Shown: piece by piece, positions 45,811-64,000 of the stretch
Position numbering within the stretch: the first letter of the stretch is position 1
How the letters are laid out: each line of letters starts with the position of its first letter
Assembly: GCA_964252035.1 (NCBI GenBank)
Contig: OZ176212.1
DNA length: 64,000 bases
Origin: Podarcis erhardii
Lineage: Eukaryota
Direction: 5' to 3' (one strand)
Notes under the pieces: generated by a model
Databases searched by the model: none
What the model was told of the DNA's origin: nothing
What the model saw: the letters and a program-made list of their open reading frames with translations, nothing else
Program-made: the position numbers and the translations under genes

Positions 45811-47287
45811 GGTAACGCGAAGGAGGGTGTGCGTGCGTGGAGAAAGAGAAAAGAAACTCAAACCCAAAGTGTCTCACAGGCGCGTCGCGCGGGAGGACGG
45901 CGTCCCGGCGAGAGGCCACGGGCCAGAAGAATTGCGGAAGACGGCGCTCTTCTCCCTCACAATCAGATAGAGCGGGATGCTGGACTGCGAACCCGCGGGG
46001 CGAGGGAAAGGCCATCGCGAGTGAAGGGCATGCTGGGAAATGGAGTCCTGGGGGATGCTGGGGGTTGGAGTCTCCCTCTCTCTTTCGGACGGAGGGAGGG
46101 AGGACTCGATTTGTCTTTCCTCAAAAATTCTTCCAATTGTTCGCTGGGCGGGCTGGCGCGACTATTCGAAGATGCTCAAAACAAGATGCACACCGTGCTT
46201 ATGAATGGGAAGAGGCAGCTTTGGCTCGTGAAAACATGCACTTCCCCTAGGACTCGCAGGTACTTCGGATGCGACTTTGGAAGTCAGGAAAGTTTCAATG
46301 AATATTGTTTACATGGGAGGGTGCTCGCACCGTCGCGCAAAACGAGGTTGACAAGACGTTGTTGACAACATTTCGAGCTCATTTCAAAACTTCCAGTGCA
46401 CTGACTTTACAGATCATAAATCTGCATTGGGAACTCCAGAGCTTCAATGAGTTCTGAGTTTGAAATCCTGATTTCTCCAAAGGGAACCAATTCTAAATTT
46501 TGACGTTAGATGCAAAAGTGGGCCTGGCTAACTTGGCAAAGGAAGGGGAAAGAACTCATTGGCACGTAAAGCAAATATGAAAGTTATTTCAAAACCAGTA
46601 TTTTCATTTTAGATGTAGCATAGACCTTTTCATGTTCATGTGGTCGAGGCCATAAGCCTACACACACAGTTGGCAGCAAACCCTATTGAACTTAATAGAT
46701 GTTACTTTTGAATAAACATTTTAGGTTCATGCTAAAGCCTTCAGCTACCTGCTTATAAACTCATTTTTACCTGCTCTTAACTATGTTTTTTATTACGGTA
46801 TTTATTGCTTTGATAACTATAAGTCACAGTTAATTTCTAAATAAAATAAGGGGATGACGCTTACAAATATTTGCTCTTCTTCACTTCCATTCTAGATAGA
46901 TGGTTCAGGATTCGGCCTGTCCAACAAACATAAAACAATGGGGACAGAGACAGACTATATAATGCAATGTCTACTTGACTTAATATGCGAGAGGCCTATA
47001 TTCCAGTCCTACCTCTGCCATTGACTAATTGGCTGCAGTGGAAAAAACAAATACTAACGGCTAGCTAGGACACCCTCCCAATTATTCTGAGGATAAATCA
47101 AGTTAATGCTGCAGTCCTAAACACACAGGGATTTTTAGCAAAATTGTAGCTATATCGAGTACTAGCATCTTTGATCAAGCCAGTTTGTAATTGTGAATAT
47201 ATGGCAACTTTTAATTTATTTAAACCACTATTCTGTGTAGCAGGAATAGCTAACCTGCAGCCCACAGGATGTATCCAGCCCCCCGAG

Positions 47288-47537
47288 AGTCAGTGTGGTG
47301 TAGTGGTTAAGAGCGGTAGTCACGTAATCTGGGGAACCAGGTTCTCGTCTCCGCTCCTCCACATGCAACTGCTGGGTGACCTTGGGCCAGTCACACTTCT
47401 TTGAAGTCTCTCAGCCCCACTCACCTCACAGAGTGTTTGTTGTGGGGGAGGAAGGGAAAGGAGATTGTTAGCCGCTTTGAGACTCCTGAAGGGGAATGAA
47501 AGGCGGGATATCAAATCCAAACTCTTCTTCTTCTTCT
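47288..47537 (+). mobile_element. tRNA-headed MIR/Ther1-like SINE (Squam3-type)
   Basis: Full-length copy homologous to 67-315, with a (TTC)n tail. Confidence 0.8.
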
Positions 47538-47835
47538 CCCCAAGATTCCTCTGTATTTGTCATTTTTAAATTGTAAAAAAAACATTTTTATTAACTCCTT
47601 CCGTAGGTCCCACTGTCATAAGTGATGACAAGAGAGAGCGAGTGTCTGTCCGTCGTCGCCCCCCTCCTCACAAGTTATTAAAAAGGATGCATGAACCCAT
47701 GGAAGTTTTGGACTTCTGGATTGGAGTGCTGCTTGGTAAGTTTGTGTGTGTGCTGTTTAAAAAAACCAGTTAAATCTAAACTGATAGCCATATAATGTTG
47801 CCTTACATTTAAGTCAAACTATAGGTCTAGCATGA

Positions 47836-48188
47836 GGGACGTGGGTGGCACTGTGGGTTAAATCACAGAGCCTAGGACTTGCTGATCAGAAGGTCGGCGG
47901 TTCGAATCCCCGTGACAGGGTGAGCTCCTGTTGCTCGGTTCCCACTCCTGCCCACCTAGCAGTTCGAAAGCACGTCAAAGTGCAAGTAGATAAATAGGTA
48001 CCACTCCAGCGGGAAGGTAAATGGCGTTTCCGTGCGCTGCTCTGGTTTGCCAGAAGCGGCTTAGTCAGGCTGGCCACGTGACCCAGAAGCTGTACGCCAG
48101 CTCCCTCGGCCAATAAAGCGAGATGAGCGCCGCAACCCCAGAGTCGGCCACGACTGGACCTAATGGTCAGGGGTCCCTTTACCTTTAC
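47836..48188 (+). mobile_element. Full-length Sauria SINE with a 13-bp target-site duplication
   Basis: Head GGGACGTGGGTGGCACTGTGGGTTAAATC and tail GGGGTCCCTTTACCTTTAC. The duplication AGGTCTAGCATGA lies at 47823-47835 and 48189-48201. Confidence 0.92.
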
Positions 48189-50671
48189 AGGTCTAGCATG
48201 ACCTAAAGCATTAGGTTTTCTATCACTGCTGTACGTAGCTCCGCTTCTTGCAGACACAAATGCAAGCTTTGCTGATTGTGTTCTGGAACTAGATTCTTCT
48301 GTTCTTAAAACAATTCATTAAAATGCCTTCATCTGTGACATGTTTCTTTCAGATAACTTTTATTTTCATCATAAAAGGGAAAAAGCCACACATTCCATGA
48401 ATGACATCCAGTTCTGAAGGAACAAATGGAAACATAGGTAGAAGAACTCCTGAGGATGTATTATGAGGACAACACCTAAGAAGGTTTTTACCAAGGGTTT
48501 ATAAATTCATTTTCACTATACAATAAATTGTCATAGGATGGTATCCAATTTTAGTCACACATAGAACAAGGTCAGTTAAATCAATAGACCTAACTTGGGA
48601 CTAGGTTGAAATCTGTGTTGGGGGTCTAGAAATCTCAGTGGATATTCAACCCGGAAATAATTTTTATCTTTTGTTATCAACACCACTGAGTTTAAAGAGG
48701 ATGTACAGTTTAAGATGCAATACTTACTTGGGAGTAAGTCCCATTGAATTAGGACTGTAGTATTAGCAGCTTCAGGATGTTCGCATGGCAATTAAAAAAA
48801 ACCGCAGCATTCCTATATGTGAGAACTACTTTCCAATGACAGCTATCATTTGGAAACCTCTTGCTTTAACTTTTTTCACAAGTATTACTTTTGAGACCAG
48901 AAATTATGTTATTGGGAATATTTTGGCAACATATTATGAAAGCAATATTTACTAAATAATCTACGTGTTACAGTGCACATTCTGATTACAAAATATGGGA
49001 AGAGTCAGTTTGCCTACTCTGAAGGACTGGCTCCCATTTGACAAAGGCCAGTTAACAGTAAAAATCACTTGCTATAAACTACTACAGGGATTCTGTTTTT
49101 TGGACAATTGGGAACCTTTTTTGATCTACCAGTTTTTTTAAAAAAAAATCATACAAAACAGCTCATCAAGAAGATTGGACATTAGAGATCCATCTCAGTC
49201 TTCTGGATAATTCTGTACCACCCCAAAGAGATCATGTATCTTTGTGTGTTAAAAATATAAAAATAAACCCATTTTTAAAAGTTGGGCGACACAATCCCAA
49301 ATTAGATTGAAAACTGCAGGATTCCTGATTTCCTAAAAGCTTTTGCCACCCAATTCAATTTGTGAATTTGTAGACAGTGGAGTATAAAAGGCAAGAGTAA
49401 GGACTACTACACTTTTCCAATACTTCATGTTTCAGACCTGAGCCTCAGTCCAAACTGAACCAGGCATGTAGGTGGGGTTTTTTGTTTGTTTTTATGTATA
49501 AAAAATAAAAGTAACCTAGGATATAGCATTTGGCTAGTTGCACTCATTTCTGCAAAACTGATCCCTGCATCACCTCCTAGAACATGATAAAATCTCTAAA
49601 TTTGTGGCTTGGCAGTGGAAAGAAACGTTCATTCTTATTAAGGTGGTTTTAAAAGAGATTTTGGATTCCAGTCATTGTCACTCCAGATTCTTTGCTCCCT
49701 CCTGGTTGGAAAGAGACAGCACCAAACATTTAGACTACTAGAAAGCAGAAAAGTACAAAGCAAACTTCACAGACAAGAAACTTTCAATTTTACCTACCTC
49801 TTCCATCCTATTCTTATCACAGAGATTAAAAAATTGCTGCAATGGAGAACTGTTGTGAAATACAAGTAGTATAAACCAAATTATATGTCACTTATGTAAT
49901 CATGGCCATTCAGTGTTTAGTGAGAGTTCCCCCTTTTTTCCAAGGGATTGCAATGAACAATATGTGGCTTTTGAAGTGAGAATGGAGAAAAATAAGGGTG
50001 CAACCTGGTAGTAGTCCCAGCCAGGCTCGTTTCTGGCTGTAATGCCACATCTTTTATCACTTTCCCCCAGATTCTACCAAAGCTCAAACAGCCTATGGAT
50101 TAAGGTAGGGTTACCATTTCCCAGAGACACTCCCCGGATTTACAAATCAGTCCCTATACAAAATTCATTGAAGTTGAAAAGTGTCTCCAGATTCATTGAA
50201 AAAATTCGTAACCTTACGTTAAAGAGTTGGAAGGGATGTGAAGCAAAACTCCAGAATCAGAGATCTCAGGCTGGTGATAGCCAGGGGATTTCCCCAATGA
50301 CAACAATTCCACACTGCCAGCTTAGTTTTATAATATACCAGGACAGTACAGGATTTGGAGATGTCTGCCCCTTCTGTGTACTTTCTCAACATTAGGAAGT
50401 GTTTGTGGCAGAGGTGTCGAAGACTGACAACTACTGGTTTGAAAGCAGATTATGGACAGGTCCCTTGCCATAAGCAACCAGGCTACAAGCAGCATCAATG
50501 GCCTACTTACTCCTCCACTCTCATTTGGCATGATTTATCATACTAGGGCAACTCATAATAATGAGAATCCAGCCTTTGGGGTAAAAAGAGAAATCCTTAG
50601 GGCTTTTAGTGCTGCTTAGAGCAACAATCAAATCTAGCTCAGTGTTCAATAGTCACTAGCAAAGTGAGATA

Positions 50672-50944
50672 CAGTGGTGCCCCGCAAGACGAATGCCTCG
50701 CAAGACGAAAAACCCGCTAGACGAAAGGGTTTTCCATTTTTCAAGGCGCTTCGCAAGACGAATTTCCCTATGGGCTTGCTTCGAAAGACGAAAACGTCTT
50801 GCGAGTTTTTTCCCTCCCCCTTTTTCTAAGCCGCTAAGCCGCTAATAGCGCTAATCCGCTAATAGGGATGCTTCGCAAGACGAAAAAACCGCTAGATGAA
50901 GAGACTCGCGGAACGGATTATTTTTGTCTTGTGAGGCACCACTG
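50672..50944. mobile_element. Tc1/mariner (Tigger-like) MITE, 273 bp
   Basis: TA|CAGTGGTGCCCCGCAAGAC ... GTCTTGTGAGGCACCACTG|TA, with internal GCAAGACGAA and CCGCTAA repeats. Confidence 0.85.
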
Positions 50945-51777
50945 TACCACACGGGTGGGGAAGCCTCTGGGTATGACTGGTAGGGGTTACCTGTAGACCT
51001 GCACAAATTTACCTTCGTGTCTTGGCGTGGCTTATAGCAATGCAAGTGAGAGGCACCAAAACATACTTTGTCCCAACTTCAAAGGAGTTCCGAAGTCTGT
51101 CATGCAGGTATCTTGGACCATTTGATTTTGCCCAACTCCCTGGCAGGTGTTAGCTTTTAAATGGGCATTTCTTAAGTTGCTCTCTGGGGTGTGGGATCAT
51201 GCTTTGGAGAAAGGGCTTTGTCTGCTGGGCTCTAAGTCTAGGACTTGTGCAGGAAGGATTAACGGTGGAGGCAGGAAAATGGAAAACCCACTTTCAATTT
51301 CAGGCAGCCACTCACACTGGTTTATCACTCTGTCCCTAAAGCAAAAGGGTGAGGGAAGAGGGAGATGAAAATGAGGCTTTCATTTCTCTTCCAAAGCAAA
51401 AACACTGTTGACGCCAAAGTGTTTCACCTCCTGTAAAACCAGTGTCCTACTTCCATACCGTCACAATTGCTCTGGAGATGTGATGCTTTTGGGGGAATCT
51501 TGATCAAACAGTTTGGCTCCAAGTCTTGTTCCCTTTCATCTTTTAAAGGGCTACAAAAATTATACTCGTCCAGGGTGCCAGCCTCCCTTTCCCAGAGCTC
51601 CAGTTGTAATCTAATAGTGTCCTGCTTGCAACAGATGGGGCTAAACACCCAGGATTCAAGTGAGAAAGATTGTAGAGGTCTTGTGCTTTCCCCTCCTCTT
51701 CCTCCTGCCCTCCTCCCCGCCAGCCATCCAAAGACACACACGCACACACCGAGGAATCCAGAAGCACCAGTTTGGGG

Positions 51778-51783
51778 TTTAAT
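51778..51783 (-). terminator. Candidate FBRS poly(A) signal (ATTAAA)
   Basis: TTTAAT on the plus strand. On the minus strand a GT-rich tract (GTGTGTGCGTGTGTGTCTTTG) follows about 30-50 nt downstream. Confidence 0.5.
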
Positions 51784-52570
51784 TAACCAACCTGGGGAAG
51801 AAAAGGGGCACTGGACAAGTGCATTGCACCCTCCTCACTGCACCTTTCCGATCAATTACAGAAGGAGGAAAGGGACCGGGAGGTGGAGAGGGTGCGGATA
51901 CAGGTATAGAAAAGAGCAGTACAGTAAAAACAAGGGGAGCCGTGGGGGGAGGACAGGAGAAGAGGGAGAAGTCACTTTTAAAATCACAATCTCAAACCTT
52001 TTATAAATGTACAAAAAACCTTTTCCCCCACCTGCTTGGGGCAGAATATATAAATATTTACACTGCCTGGCAGGGGGAGGTGCCCCAAGATACAGCCCTC
52101 CCCCTTCCCCTGAAAGCAGCTTTCCCATCAGTCCATTGAGGGAGAAGAACACGCCCCAGAGCCATTTCAGCCCAGCAGGAATACTGGAAGCAGACACAAA
52201 ACCTGTTAGGAAGAGGGATCTGGGAAGAAACCGGGACCCAAAACCGGGGGCACACCAGCCCCTCGACTCCTGCCCTCCCTCCGCCACAAACACCTCTAAA
52301 ACAGAGACATCACACCCCGTATCTCTTAAGCCCCAACCTGAGCTTGGAAGAGGTTCCAACTATTCATAGCTGAAGGAGGCGAAAGTCCTTGTGGGAGGGG
52401 TGGCTGGGTGCTACTCAGGTTAAGGCAGCAAGAAGCTGCACTCTTATCCCTGCCTGACAGGAAGGGGATGGGGGGCTCGGTTTCTCTGCCCAGGGCTCAC
52501 GCTGACCCCACCAGTCCACTGGAGACAAGGGAAGCTGCTTGATAGAGGTGCACACATGTCCCAGAGACCA

Positions 52571-63184
<10,614 letters not shown>

Positions 63185-64000
63185 CTGGAAAAAGAAAATA
63201 AAGGTTGGCCGGGGGTGGGGGCAGAGAGAGGAAAATAAAGAAAGATAGATTAGACTCAGAAGGATAGGAGGCTGTTAATCCCAAAGATTTTTTTAAAAAT
63301 CCCAAAGATAAAAAATTAAGAGAAAGCATCCTTGTTTTGTCAGGAGAGTAATAAGATTTTAAGAGCAATACTGAAAATAAAAGAAAAAATGTGTCCTCCT
63401 TAGAATCACATGCTGAGTATTCCACAAAGATGAGGAGATTCTGGCTGGCATGCTACACACAGACACAATTTGGCTGCATTCAGATGATCATCTCAGCTTA
63501 AAAAGCTGAGATATGAACGAGTCTCTTTCCTCCTCATGCAGTCACTTCACTCCTCCCTTTGTGCAAATGAACAAGACAGGAAGATCAGTTAACTATAATA
63601 TCCCATGATGGCCAAACCAGGAAATTATAGTTAATAACTTCGAAAACAACTCAAGTATTAAACCAACTTTAAATCTTGGTTTCATAGCCTAGATTTTTCA
63701 GAAGCCATTGACCAGCATTTCCTAGTTCAGTTGCAACGTGAAACTATGGTTAGCCAATACTTCCTGGCTTGTTTTCCAGCTTCAGCAAAGGAAGAAGCCA
63801 GGCACCTGAATGCAGATGCACAGGACTCATTCATATCTCAGTTTATATGATTGTCCAAACATGCCCACCGCTCCACTATTTGCTCTAAATTTATTAGGCA
63901 TTTTGAGGATGCCAAGAGCAAATTTGCTGGGTTGGGATTTGTCTCCCTCTTCAAATCAAATTATTAGTAATATTTCCAACCGTGTCGATGCAGCGTCATT

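Noticed and set aside
45829-46365. 178-aa and 137-aa plus-strand ORFs in the CpG island
   Set aside because: Stop-poor GC-rich sequence with non-ATG or weak starts and no domain signal.

Overview
Vertebrate genomic DNA, most likely from a lacertid lizard (inferred from Sauria SINE and Squam3-type SINE copies). Four protein-coding genes lie on the minus strand in the same order as at human 16p11.2. They are the 3' part of FBRS (15 coding exons, 63184 to 52571), a complete SRCAP (32 canonical coding exons, 38796 to 15167, 3363 aa by my exon sum, plus two upstream exons), TMEM265 (2 coding exons, 120 aa) and the 5' part of PHKG2 (3 coding exons). A SNORA30/37-family H/ACA snoRNA sits in SRCAP intron 1, and many SINE, LINE and MITE insertions are present. 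The main observation is a 3.7-kb Glu-rich ORF inside SRCAP intron 1 (44571-40874) whose apparent stop codon is part of a strong splice donor (AAG|GTAACT). That donor is in phase with SRCAP exon 2, which is in phase with the open 5' part of exon 3. Together they give a stop-free 1320-aa acidic N-terminal extension to the H2A.Z-depositing remodeler SRCAP, a predicted isoform of about 4683 aa. Twin MYB-type motifs, a CCAAT box and a G-run cluster just upstream may form its own promoter. All exon calls were made by hand from splice consensus, reading phase and remembered human protein sequences; no database search or computation was run.
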